A stretch of 64,000 bases of DNA from a candidate division FCPU426 bacterium (GCA_003159495.1 PLPI01000054.1:8409-72408); one strand, 5' to 3'; shown: positions 17,887 to 26,330, numbered from the stretch's first letter. Notes: generated by a model not told the origin, from the sequence alone. Numbers and translations: made by a program.

Positions 17887-20103
17887 ATGGAAAAAACAAC
17901 AGTTTTTATTTTTTTTACGCTAATTTTATTCTTTCTTAACTTTAATCTGCTTGCCGCGCCTGAAAAAACCGACATGACGGTCAGCGCGCGCAGCACGGGA
18001 TTATACGGCGTTATTGAGGCGGCCATACCGTCAGATTTCGGGGCCATTAATCCTTATAATTACGATGATATACTTTGCAGGGCATATGTGACATTACCGG
18101 ACAACAGCAGCCGTATTATTGAGGGGTTTTACGGCAAAGATTATGATTATTCACCTGACACATCAGTTTATACCGAAAAAGGCGGGGCTTTCAGGGTCAG
18201 GATTAGCCCGTGGAAATACGGAAGATGGAAATTTTATGTCACAGTGGTGAAGGACGGCAGGGAAGTTTACAGGTCGCCCTTGAAATATTTTGAGGTAAGG
18301 GGAAAAAGGGAATCGGATGGTTTTTTGCGCGTTTCGGACAGCGACCCGCTGTTCCTTTCATTTTCATCCGGCAGGCCGTTTTTCGGCATAGGTATGAACA
18401 CAGCCTGGCCCTCTGATAAAGGGTTGAATGATTTTAAGGACTGGTTTGGAAAGATGCACGCGGCGGGAGCCAATACCGCAAGGGTATGGATGGCGCCGTG
18501 GTCGCTCGGCATTGAATGGGACGGCCAGCCCGGCAATTATGGAAACAGGCAGAAACAGGCTTTCATGCTCGATAAAACCCTGGAACTTGGCCGGGAAAAC
18601 GGAATATACATACTGCTCACGCTTGTTGCGCACGGGGAATTTTCTACAAAAACAAATCCCGAATGGGACAAAAATCCGTATAATATAAAAAACGACGGAA
18701 TTCTTGACAAACCCGAGGACTTTTTTACCAGTACGGCCGCAAAAAAAGCCTTTAAGAACCGCCTGCGCTACATAATTGCACGGTGGGGATATTCCGCGAA
18801 CATACTTGCATGGGAGCTCTTTAACGAAGTCGACCTTACCGATAATTATGATACTGCCGCGGTTTCGGCATGGCATTCGGAAATGGCCGATTTTATAAGG
18901 TCGCGGGATGTTTACAGGCACCTGCTCACAACATCATTTTCAAATCCTGACATGGATCCGGCCATCTGGAATTTGAGCCGGATGGATATAGTCCAGACCC
19001 ATTTATACAACATGAAGGACGAGGCCTCGCAGGTTTATGAGGCATGCAGGGCAAAGACGGAGAATTACGCAAAACCCCATATAATGGGTGAATTTGGCAT
19101 GGATACTGACGGGGATTTTGCGAAGAATAATTCCGACCCGTCCGGTATCGGGCTTCACAACGGACTCTGGGCCGGCGCAATGTCCCTCTCCTGTGCCGCG
19201 CCGCTGTCATGGTACTGGAAGGAATATATCGACCGCGACAACCTTTACGGTGAATTTTCTTCGCTGGAAAAATTCACGGCCGGGATAAACTGGCCGGCCG
19301 AGGGTTTTATAGACCTTCAGAACCGCCGGCTTTTCCTGAAAAAAGTCCCTGACGGCCAAAAAGGCGGGGATGTCACCATCTTTCCCGTTGATTCATGGGC
19401 AAAGGCGCAGAAGGACGAATTTATGGTAAAGGCGGACGGGACCATCACGAATAAAAATAATTTTATAGGCTATCTTTACGGCAGGGAGCATCCGGACATG
19501 AAAACCGTTCCGATAATAAGCTTCAATAACGAACAGCCGGTAAAACTTGTCATAAAGGTCGACAAGGTTTCGCAAGACAATACATTAAGCGTGAGCGTAA
19601 ATAATATAGCGGCTTTTTCCGCCACCATAAGCGCGTCGGCTTATCCATCGAAAAAATATATTGAACAGTATAAGGTCTGGCAGTCGGATATTTCCGGAGA
19701 ATATTCCGTGGATATTCCGGCGGGGGACAATGATGTGGCCGTTGAAAACAAGGGTGATGACTGGATACGGATAACGTCGATAAAACTTGAGGGTTTTTTA
19801 AATCCGGCGGTGGCCCCTGTTTTTGCGGCGGGGATGCAGTCAAAAGACATGGTCATGCTCTGGATAAAAAACAACAATTTCGGCTATTACAACCGCACGC
19901 CGCAGCAGCCGGTTCCGCCGTCCTATCTTGACATAACAGGGCTGAACCCCGGAAGGTACGTCATTGAATATTACGACACTTATTCCGCAAAGGCAATTTC
20001 CAGGGCCGATTATATCGTCGACGACGACTCAATGAGGCTCGAAGTGCCGGAAATCGAAAAGGATATAGCCGTGCGGATTGATAAATATAAAAAGGAGAAA
20101 TAA
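17887..20103 (+). CDS. Secreted glycoside hydrolase, clan GH-A / GH5-like
   Basis: Signal peptide. WELFNE(V) catalytic acid/base motif and HIMGEFG nucleophile motif typical of GH5-like (beta/alpha)8 hydrolases. 738 aa with extra N- and C-terminal beta-rich domains. Confidence 0.65.
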   Translation: MEKTTVFIFFTLILFFLNFNLLAAPEKTDMTVSARSTGLYGVIEAAIPSDFGAINPYNYDDILCRAYVTLPDNSSRIIEGFYGKDYDYSPDTSVYTEKGGAFRVRISPWKYGRWKFYVTVVKDGREVYRSPLKYFEVRGKRESDGFLRVSDSDPLFLSFSSGRPFFGIGMNTAWPSDKGLNDFKDWFGKMHAAGANTARVWMAPWSLGIEWDGQPGNYGNRQKQAFMLDKTLELGRENGIYILLTLVAHGEFSTKTNPEWDKNPYNIKNDGILDKPEDFFTSTAAKKAFKNRLRYIIARWGYSANILAWELFNEVDLTDNYDTAAVSAWHSEMADFIRSRDVYRHLLTTSFSNPDMDPAIWNLSRMDIVQTHLYNMKDEASQVYEACRAKTENYAKPHIMGEFGMDTDGDFAKNNSDPSGIGLHNGLWAGAMSLSCAAPLSWYWKEYIDRDNLYGEFSSLEKFTAGINWPAEGFIDLQNRRLFLKKVPDGQKGGDVTIFPVDSWAKAQKDEFMVKADGTITNKNNFIGYLYGREHPDMKTVPIISFNNEQPVKLVIKVDKVSQDNTLSVSVNNIAAFSATISASAYPSKKYIEQYKVWQSDISGEYSVDIPAGDNDVAVENKGDDWIRITSIKLEGFLNPAVAPVFAAGMQSKDMVMLWIKNNNFGYYNRTPQQPVPPSYLDITGLNPGRYVIEYYDTYSAKAISRADYIVDDDSMRLEVPEIEKDIAVRIDKYKKEK

Positions 20104-20105
20104 AT

Positions 20106-20843
20106 TTGAGGCATGAAATACTGGAACTTTTAAAGGACAAAAAAGCGCTGAAGGAAAAAGGGTTGTTCATAGTTGACACTGAAAAGATACTGGGCGAGGC
20201 CGTCGGGGCCGGGTTTGAAATCGCGCATCTTTTATATACCGAACACGCCCTGCCGGTCGTTGACAAATATATGGACAGGTTAAATGACGGGATTTATGAG
20301 ACGACAAAGGCAAGTTTTGTGGACAGGTTCGCAAATGTGAAAACCCACCAGGGGTTTATAGCCGTTGTGCGCAGCGTTAACAGGGAAATAAAGGGTTTTT
20401 CAGGCATAAACGCCATGGTCCTGCTTGATACGCTGCAGGACCCGGCAAATGTCGGGGCCATTATAAGAAGCGGCGCGGCATTCGGTTTTAATAATTTTCT
20501 GCTCAAAGACAGCGCGAATATTTACGGCGACAAGGCGATACGCGCTTCCGCCGGAGCGGCATTCAGGGTGAATTACAAAAACGTGGAATTGAACGAACTT
20601 GAGGGTTTAAGGACTGATTTTACATTCGTGGCAGCCGACGTTAAAAACGGGATAGACCTGAGGCGCGCAAAGGGTGCCATTAAGGGCAAATATATAATCA
20701 CACTCGGGAGCGAAGGGCAGGGGATATCCGAAGAAGTGAAAAAACTTTGCGATCTGAAGATAAATATTAATTATTCAGGGACCGTGGAATCGCTTAACGT
20801 GGCCGCCGCCGCAGCGATAATTTTTTACGAGATGGCAGTTTAA
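20106..20843 (+). CDS. TrmH/SpoU family RNA 2'-O-methyltransferase
   Basis: SpoU methylase motifs (DPANVGAIIRSGAAFG; C-terminal LNV(A)AAA knot motif). Apparent TTG start. Confidence 0.8.
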   Translation: MRHEILELLKDKKALKEKGLFIVDTEKILGEAVGAGFEIAHLLYTEHALPVVDKYMDRLNDGIYETTKASFVDRFANVKTHQGFIAVVRSVNREIKGFSGINAMVLLDTLQDPANVGAIIRSGAAFGFNNFLLKDSANIYGDKAIRASAGAAFRVNYKNVELNELEGLRTDFTFVAADVKNGIDLRRAKGAIKGKYIITLGSEGQGISEEVKKLCDLKININYSGTVESLNVAAAAAIIFYEMAV

Positions 20844-20870
20844 AATTAAATTTAAAGGGCAAAATCAAAA

Positions 20871-20909
20871 AGTTATAATTTTTGGTTTTGAATTTTAACT
20901 TTATAATTT
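20871..20909 (+). repeat. T-motif repeat copy 4, with an adjacent partial inverted copy (caaaatcaaaaag) on its 5' side
   Basis: agttataatttttggttttgaattttaactttataattt. Confidence 0.55.
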
Positions 20910-20920
20910 AAATAAAAAAA

Positions 20921-20944
20921 GCCCCCGAAAGGGGGCTTTTTTTA
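20921..20944. terminator. Bidirectional intrinsic terminator
   Basis: A-run, gccccc-gaaa-gggggc hairpin, T-run. Between convergent genes. Confidence 0.7.
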
Positions 20945-20951
20945 TTGTATG

Positions 20952-21590
20952 TTATTCAAATGCTATATCGGAAACCGCGATATTGACAGTGTCGCCGTCC
21001 GGGCTTGAAAAATGGAAGTTGATGTTATGCGCATTTTTCAGGACTTCTTCGATCGGAAATGTCTTTTTTGCCCATTTAGGCTGTTTTAAATCTTCCCTGA
21101 GATCGATTTTTACGGTCTCGCCGTCTTTGGAAAGGTATTTATTCAAGGCAACCTCGTAATCCGCATAGTCAGTCAGGCTTTTTGCGGTTTTTGCATCCTG
21201 CTGGCATTCGTTCGCGGAATAAGGGATTGCAAGCGTAAGGCGTCCGCCGGAAATAGAACCCTTGATTTTAAATGAAAGGGTCTTGTAGCCGGTTAAATCA
21301 ACGGGAACTGCCCCTTTTCCCTCGTAGCATCCGCATTTTTCTCCAAGCGTCAGCCCCATGCCGATATAGTCCCAGCCGAGTTTGTTGCCTGTTTTGCCCG
21401 ACATTTTTCCCGGCGTGAAAGTAACCTCTGAATTGCCGCCGCTGGACGAGTCGTTGTAGGAATACCACCATCCTCCGCATGCCGCCGGGTTCTTATCCGG
21501 GGTGTTGTCAACTATAAACTTATTCCCCGCCAGCACTGCCGCGTACATTGCAAGAACAATTACCGTAGCCATTACAAATGCTTTTTTCAT
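20952..21590 (-). CDS. Secreted beta-sandwich (carbohydrate-binding-module-like) protein, paralog of the anti-sigma sensor domain
   Basis: Signal peptide. Shares WxYNDSxxGGNS, DYIG, SLTxYADY and IDxRxDLxQP motifs with the C-terminal domain of the CDS at 21620-22456. Confidence 0.5.
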   Translation of the reverse strand: MKKAFVMATVIVLAMYAAVLAGNKFIVDNTPDKNPAACGGWWYSYNDSSSGGNSEVTFTPGKMSGKTGNKLGWDYIGMGLTLGEKCGCYEGKGAVPVDLTGYKTLSFKIKGSISGGRLTLAIPYSANECQQDAKTAKSLTDYADYEVALNKYLSKDGETVKIDLREDLKQPKWAKKTFPIEEVLKNAHNINFHFSSPDGDTVNIAVSDIAFE

Positions 21591-21619
21591 CTGAAACGCC
21601 TCCTTTGAAGTTTTTGTTT

Positions 21620-22456
21620 TTAATAAAATTCAAGCCTGTCTATCCAGATATCAACCCTGCGGCCGTTGCCGTTCATATACTGCCATTTAATAATATTGGC
21701 GTCGGACAACACATCCTCGATGGAAACCAGATATTCCGGTTTTGTCCCGGCCGGCTGTCTTAAATCTTTCCTGAAGTCGATCTTTACCTTTTTCCAGCGC
21801 GGGGTAATGTATTTTGTGATATCCGCCCCGTAATCGGCATAGCTGGTCAGCGACCTGCAGATGCCGCGTGAGGCGTCTATCCGGCGCGATTCGTGCGGCA
21901 GCATGAAAATAACATTTCCGGCAGTGACCGAACCTTTTATCATGAACTCAATACCGCTGAATTTTGAAAGGTCTATGCCGACGCATTCGGGGCAGGTTGA
22001 GTGGGGGCTTAAAAAAGTAGTTACCCCTATATAATCATCGCCGAGTTTTGTGCCGGCTGTTCCCGTTATCCTTACGGCGTAGCCTTTTCCCGTGCAGCCC
22101 GGGGAACTTTTTACAAAGCTGTTTTCGCCGTTCTTTGAGGCCGGCGGCCAGACGACGGAATTGCCGCCCTGCCAGCTGTCGTTATATGTGCACCACACCC
22201 CGCCGAGTTCGTTGACACTGCTGTTGGTGTAATTATAATCTATCCTCATATAATAAGCCGCGGCCGCGACGACGAATATAATGGCATATACAGGCATAAG
22301 GCGCATGAATATGTGTGGCATCCCGGAGGCCGAAGAGGCTTTTTTTATGAGGGCGGCCCTTAACTTTGACATATTTTTTTCCAGGCCAATATTCCCGAAT
22401 TCGATCTTATCACTTTTCATTTTATAAGCCCTCGCTTTCATTTTTCCCTGCGTCAT
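21620..22456 (-). CDS. Putative anti-sigma factor: short cytoplasmic N-terminus, one TM helix, extracytoplasmic CBM-like sensor domain
   Basis: Lies immediately downstream of, and overlapping, the ECF sigma gene. TM segment LMPVYAIIFVVAAAAYY. C-terminal domain paralogous to 20952-21590. Start codon uncertain. Confidence 0.5.
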   Translation of the reverse strand: MTQGKMKARAYKMKSDKIEFGNIGLEKNMSKLRAALIKKASSASGMPHIFMRLMPVYAIIFVVAAAAYYMRIDYNYTNSSVNELGGVWCTYNDSWQGGNSVVWPPASKNGENSFVKSSPGCTGKGYAVRITGTAGTKLGDDYIGVTTFLSPHSTCPECVGIDLSKFSGIEFMIKGSVTAGNVIFMLPHESRRIDASRGICRSLTSYADYGADITKYITPRWKKVKIDFRKDLRQPAGTKPEYLVSIEDVLSDANIIKWQYMNGNGRRVDIWIDRLEFY

Positions 22457-23060
22457 ATATAATGCCCGCGGCCGGATTTGGTTGCATTGAACCTCTTATC
22501 ATTGAAAGGCCGCGTGAAAGGATGGATTTTACAGTCCCCGCCTTTTTATTGAGCGCGGCGCTTATTTCGGATATCTTCATTGAATCAAAAAATCTCATGG
22601 AAAGGACTTCCTGGTAAAGCGGGGGAAGCTTTACCAGTTCCGCATGCACAAGAGCGAAAAGGCTGTTATTGTCTATTGCCTTCTGGGCGTTTTCAAGTTC
22701 CTCGTTCAGGCTGTTTGAGGAGCGCGGCTCGTAAGACGGTGAGTTTTCTATCAGCTCGTCAAGCGAAGCGGGCGCATATTTTTTTGACCTGAAATACATG
22801 TTAACTTCATTTGAGGCTATCCTGTAAAGCCATGCCGAAAACGACGCGCCCCGCCACCTGAACTGCCAGAGTTTGTTAAGGGCCTTGAAAAAAGTTTCTC
22901 CCGTTATGTCTTTGGCCGCTTCGGCATTGCCGGTGCGGTATGCCGCGTATTTTAATATTTTTAAGTGATAAAGGTCGAATAAAGCGCCAAAAGCGGCCGG
23001 ATCGCGCCGCGCCGCCTCGACCATTTCTTTTTCACTGATTTTATCCAAAGCCGCCTCCAT
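22422..23060 (-). CDS. RNA polymerase sigma-70 factor, ECF subfamily
   Basis: Region 2 (FGALFDLYHLKILKYAAYRTGN...AEDITGETFFKA) and region 4 HTH (LPPLYQEVLSMRFFDSMKISEISAALNKKAGTVKS). Start placed at MEAALDK. Confidence 0.8.
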   Translation of the reverse strand: MEAALDKISEKEMVEAARRDPAAFGALFDLYHLKILKYAAYRTGNAEAAKDITGETFFKALNKLWQFRWRGASFSAWLYRIASNEVNMYFRSKKYAPASLDELIENSPSYEPRSSNSLNEELENAQKAIDNNSLFALVHAELVKLPPLYQEVLSMRFFDSMKISEISAALNKKAGTVKSILSRGLSMIRGSMQPNPAAGIIYDAGKNESEGL

Positions 23061-23330
23061 AATTATGCTTTCATTATTATACAATGCACGGAGTAAAAAA
23101 AGGTTGCAAAATTCGGTGCCGCCCGGTATGTCGGCCCGGCTTGTGCTCGGTTGTTGCCGTGCGGGCGGAACTTTTTTAAGGCCGTCGTCCAAGTTTGCTT
23201 TAATGCCCGGTAAGAACATTGTTATTAAAGTTTTACCTCTGCTTAATTGACACGGTTCTTATTGTTGGACGCCAGCCATAAAAAAGTCCCGCCCGCACGG
23301 CACCAGGGTTACCGCATTTTCGCCCCTCTT

Positions 23331-23404
23331 AGGGGCCGGCTCATATGCCGGCCAGAACCAGCTCACAACCTCAATTTGTGAGCCGGCGCAAGGTTCATTA
23401 TTAA
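23331..23404 (+). repeat. GC-rich palindromic REP-like element R1, a 74-bp direct repeat of R2
   Basis: aggggccggctcatatgccggcc...gctcacaacctcaatttgtgagccggcgcaaggttcattattaa. 65 of 74 positions identical to 23747-23820. Internal palindromes ggccggc/gccggcc and gctcaca/tgtgagc. Confidence 0.6.
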
Positions 23405-23526
23405 TATTTATCCGGAACATTAGGCCGCGTAAAATGCGTCTAATATATCAAAGAGGAGTGAAGGTGCAGACTTTTATTTAAGCGGTATAACGGGTAAAAT
23501 GAAAGGAAAGGAAGGTGTGAAAATTA

Positions 23527-23708
23527 TGGAAGGAAAAAGGGATTACAGCGAGAAAGAGTCGAAAATAGAGGGAATAATGAGGACTTACAGTTTTGGCCGA
23601 AAAGCCGCTGAAAGAATATACGCCATGATAAAGGATACTGACATATTAAATTCTAATTTTCTGGATATTACGGATAGTGACCGCGATAAGGGACAAAAAA
23701 CAATGTAG
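23527..23708 (+). CDS. Small hydrophilic hypothetical protein flanked by the R1/R2 direct repeats
   Basis: 60-aa ORF with RBS AGGAAGGTG 8 nt upstream; an upstream in-frame ATG at 23499 would give 69 aa. No recognisable motif. Confidence 0.3.
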
Positions 23709-23746
23709 CGGGACACGCCGTTGGCTTGCCGTGTTTTTGTTTTCGT

Positions 23747-23820
23747 AGGGGCCGGCTCATATGCCGGCCCGAACCAGCTCCCAACCACATTTTATGCACA
23801 GGCGCAAGGTTCTTTATTAA
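23747..23820 (+). repeat. REP-like element R2, direct repeat of R1, fused to T-motif copy 5
   Basis: 88% identical to R1. Immediately followed by aattgtacttattggttttgcc (23835-23878). Confidence 0.6.
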
Positions 23821-23834
23821 CTTAAATAATTTTA

Positions 23835-23878
23835 AATTGTACTTATTGGTTTTGCCTTTTAGCCTTTACCTTATATTT
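23835..23878 (+). repeat. T-motif repeat copy 5
   Basis: aattgtacttattggttttgccttttagcctttaccttatattt. Same head-plus-tail arrangement as the element at the window start. Confidence 0.55.
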
Positions 23879-24054
23879 AAACAAAACAAACACTCCCTTA
23901 ACCAACCGTTATTTTATCTGTTTTTTAATTCTGCCTGTAAAATATTTACAAAAATCACAATGTTAGTTTTCACACACATTAATAAACACCTTAAAATAAA
24001 GGGTTTTATTGTATTGAACCATGTGGAAAATGGCTGATTTAACCCAAATTAGCC

Positions 24055-24083
24055 TTGACAGTGGCAGACAGGGGGGGTAAAAT
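24055..24083 (+). promoter_or_regulatory. Sigma70-type promoter of the mraZ/dcw operon
   Basis: TTGACA (24055-24060), 17-nt spacer, TAAAAT (24078-24083). Confidence 0.5.
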
Positions 24084-24091
24084 AGAGAAAA

Positions 24092-24126
24092 GTGGGATAA
24101 AGTGGCATGAAATGGATTGAAATGTC
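24092..24126 (+). promoter_or_regulatory. Putative MraZ operator: four direct repeats at 10-bp periodicity
   Basis: GTGGG-ataaa-GTGGC-atgaa-ATGGA-ttgaa-ATGTC immediately downstream of the promoter. Resembles the GTGGG-N5 direct repeats bound by MraZ in E. coli. Confidence 0.5.
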
Positions 24127-24224
24127 GTGCCGCCGGCCTATTTTATATAGCGCCTGTTTTAGGGGCAAGCTCTAATTATTTTGGATGAATTGGAGCCAAT
24201 TATAAATTTTGAGGTGAAAACGAA

Positions 24225-24656
24225 GTGGTAATAAAAACAGGTTTTGTGGGAAATTTCCGCCATAACCTTGATGTGAAAAACAGGGTTTCTCTGCCCGCCA
24301 AGATAAAAAAGTATATCGAAGAAGTGGCGGAGTCTCCCGAATATTCTTCAAGGATAATGCTTGCAAAGGGCGGCGATTGCATAGAGGGATTTATGGTGGC
24401 CGACTGGCAGCGCATGGTAGAACAGGTGCAGCAGAACATGAGCTTTAAACGAAATGCCGGGGACGAGGAACTTGAAGAAATCGCAATGACGGCGGACCAG
24501 GTACAGATCGACAAAAGCGGCAGGATAATGATAAATGCGGAACTTAAAAAATGCGCTGAAATAGGGAAAAACGTGGTGTTCGTGGGGGCCATTGACAGGT
24601 TCAGGATATGGAGTGCGGAGAAGTTCGATGAAAAATACAACGGAGGCGGCAGATGA
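24225..24656 (+). CDS. mraZ: Transcriptional regulator MraZ
   Basis: Duplicated MraZ fold with DxKxR(V/I)SLP motifs. First gene of the dcw cluster. GTG start with RBS GAGGTG. Confidence 0.85.
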   Translation: MVIKTGFVGNFRHNLDVKNRVSLPAKIKKYIEEVAESPEYSSRIMLAKGGDCIEGFMVADWQRMVEQVQQNMSFKRNAGDEELEEIAMTADQVQIDKSGRIMINAELKKCAEIGKNVVFVGAIDRFRIWSAEKFDEKYNGGGR

Positions 24657-24994
24657 GCTTAAAGACGGAATCGAAAAAGGTTGTTGTCCTTATTTTGAGG
24701 GGAAATATCGACATTGAAGACATGCTGGCGCTGAAAGGCATAGTCACATCATTCATAGAAAAGGAAAATTTCTTTTTTATACTGGATTTCTCCGGTGTTG
24801 ACCATATAAATGTATCCGGCATCGAGTATCTGAATGAACGCAAAGAACGCTCGCGCACCATGGCCGGGGATGTGAAAATAATAGGCGCTTCCGATTATGT
24901 AAAAAATCTTTTCCTGTACGCGGGTTACTGGGGGGAATTCGACTTTTTCCCGACAGAGGAAGACGCGATAAAATCATTTGAAAATATAATATGA
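24653..24994 (+). CDS. STAS-domain protein (anti-sigma-factor antagonist-like) inserted between mraZ and rsmH
   Basis: 113 aa. LDFSGVDHINVSGIEYL matches the SpoIIAA/RsbV-type STAS core with a candidate phosphorylatable Ser. Translationally coupled to both neighbours by overlapping stop/start codons. Confidence 0.6.
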   Translation: MSLKTESKKVVVLILRGNIDIEDMLALKGIVTSFIEKENFFFILDFSGVDHINVSGIEYLNERKERSRTMAGDVKIIGASDYVKNLFLYAGYWGEFDFFPTEEDAIKSFENII

Positions 24995-25911
24995 GTTTCA
25001 GCCACAAAAGCGTCCTGCTGGCCGAGGCTGTGGATTTTTTAAAGGCGGCCGGCAGCAGCGGGGTTTTTGTGGATGCGACTCTCGGGCTTGGCGGCCACAG
25101 CGGCGAAATATTAAGGCGGCTCGCTCCACAAGGCCGGCTGATAGGCCTTGACTGTGATGACAGGAACCTGCGGGAAGCCGCTGAAAAGCTCAAAGGCTAC
25201 GGGAACTTCAGGGCAATCAAGGCGAATTTCAGGGATCTTGACGCTGTTCTTCAAAATGAAGGCATAGAAAAGATAGACGGAATACTGTACGACCTTGGAG
25301 TATCCAGCGCCCACTTTGACGACGCCGCCAGGGGGTTCAGTTTTTCCAAAGAGGCTCCGCTTGACATGCGGCTCGACCCGGGCGCGGCACTGACCGCATA
25401 TGACGTGGTCAATTCGTATAAAAGGCCGGATTTGGAGCGCGTTATCAGGGATTATGGCGAGGAATATAAATACAAAAAAATAGCCGATTTTATAATTAAC
25501 AGGCGGCCGATAGAAACGACATCAAAACTCGCGGAGATAACGGCCCTGGCGAAACGTGGAATGAAGGAAAAAATAGACCCGGCAACGAGGGTGTTCCAGG
25601 CAATAAGGATAGAGGTTAATGACGAACTGGGCGCGCTTAAGGAATCGCTTGAAAAGGCCGTGGGAATGCTTCAAAGCGGCGGGGTTATTGCGGTAATATC
25701 GTTCCATTCGCTTGAGGACAGGATAGTAAAAAAGTACTTCGCGCTGGAAGCGTCGGACTGCGTCTGCGAAAACAAAAGGATGCCGTGCACATGCGGCCAT
25801 GTGAAAAGGATAAATTTGCTGACAAAAAAGGCTCTCATACCGGGAGACGCCGAAACGGCGGAAAACCCGAGGGCCAGGAGCGCGAAGCTCCGGGCTGCTG
25901 TTAAAATTTGA
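24991..25911 (+). CDS. rsmH: 16S rRNA (cytosine1402-N4)-methyltransferase
   Basis: MraW family motifs (DATLGLGGHS, SAM-binding, C-terminal RARSAKLR). Confidence 0.9.
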   Translation: MSFSHKSVLLAEAVDFLKAAGSSGVFVDATLGLGGHSGEILRRLAPQGRLIGLDCDDRNLREAAEKLKGYGNFRAIKANFRDLDAVLQNEGIEKIDGILYDLGVSSAHFDDAARGFSFSKEAPLDMRLDPGAALTAYDVVNSYKRPDLERVIRDYGEEYKYKKIADFIINRRPIETTSKLAEITALAKRGMKEKIDPATRVFQAIRIEVNDELGALKESLEKAVGMLQSGGVIAVISFHSLEDRIVKKYFALEASDCVCENKRMPCTCGHVKRINLLTKKALIPGDAETAENPRARSAKLRAAVKI

Positions 25912-25921
25912 GGAGAAGAAA

Positions 25922-26314
25922 TTGAGCGCAAGCAGGAAATTTTTAAGGATGATGAACCCGGCCCACAGTTCTTCGGGCAGGCAGATGCCAAAGGGTATAA
26001 TCCCGAAACTGGCGATAAGTTTTATCCTGCTGTTCGTCTGCCTGTGGTTCGGTATTCAGGCAAACTCAAAACTCAACAGTGAAGTGGTGTTGCTCAAGGA
26101 CCAGTGCGACAAACTGCGCATACGCTCAAAAATACTGGATTACCAGCTTTCGTCCATGATGACAGCCGATAAGCTTGAGACAGTGGCCGTTGCCAGGTAC
26201 GGTTTTAAAAAAATAAGGGACGACCAGATAATCGTCGTCAGCAGGCAGGAACCATTAATGGATAAAATAATTGACGGTGTAAGGTCGATCTTTTCAAGGC
26301 AAAAGGACATTTAA
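25922..26314 (+). CDS. ftsL: Cell division protein FtsL-like
   Basis: Small bitopic protein (single TM plus coiled-coil/leucine-rich periplasmic segment) in the canonical position between rsmH and ftsI. Confidence 0.55.
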   Translation: MSASRKFLRMMNPAHSSSGRQMPKGIIPKLAISFILLFVCLWFGIQANSKLNSEVVLLKDQCDKLRIRSKILDYQLSSMMTADKLETVAVARYGFKKIRDDQIIVVSRQEPLMDKIIDGVRSIFSRQKDI

Positions 26315-26330
26315 AGCCGGGGAGTGAATT

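Noticed and set aside
23165-23190. GGAACTT ... CGTC, resembling an ECF-type -35/-10, on the plus strand upstream of the R1 repeat and small ORF
   Set aside because: Spacer (~14 nt) is shorter than the 16-17 nt typical of ECF promoters, and it points away from the sigma gene. Could be chance; left as unconvincing.
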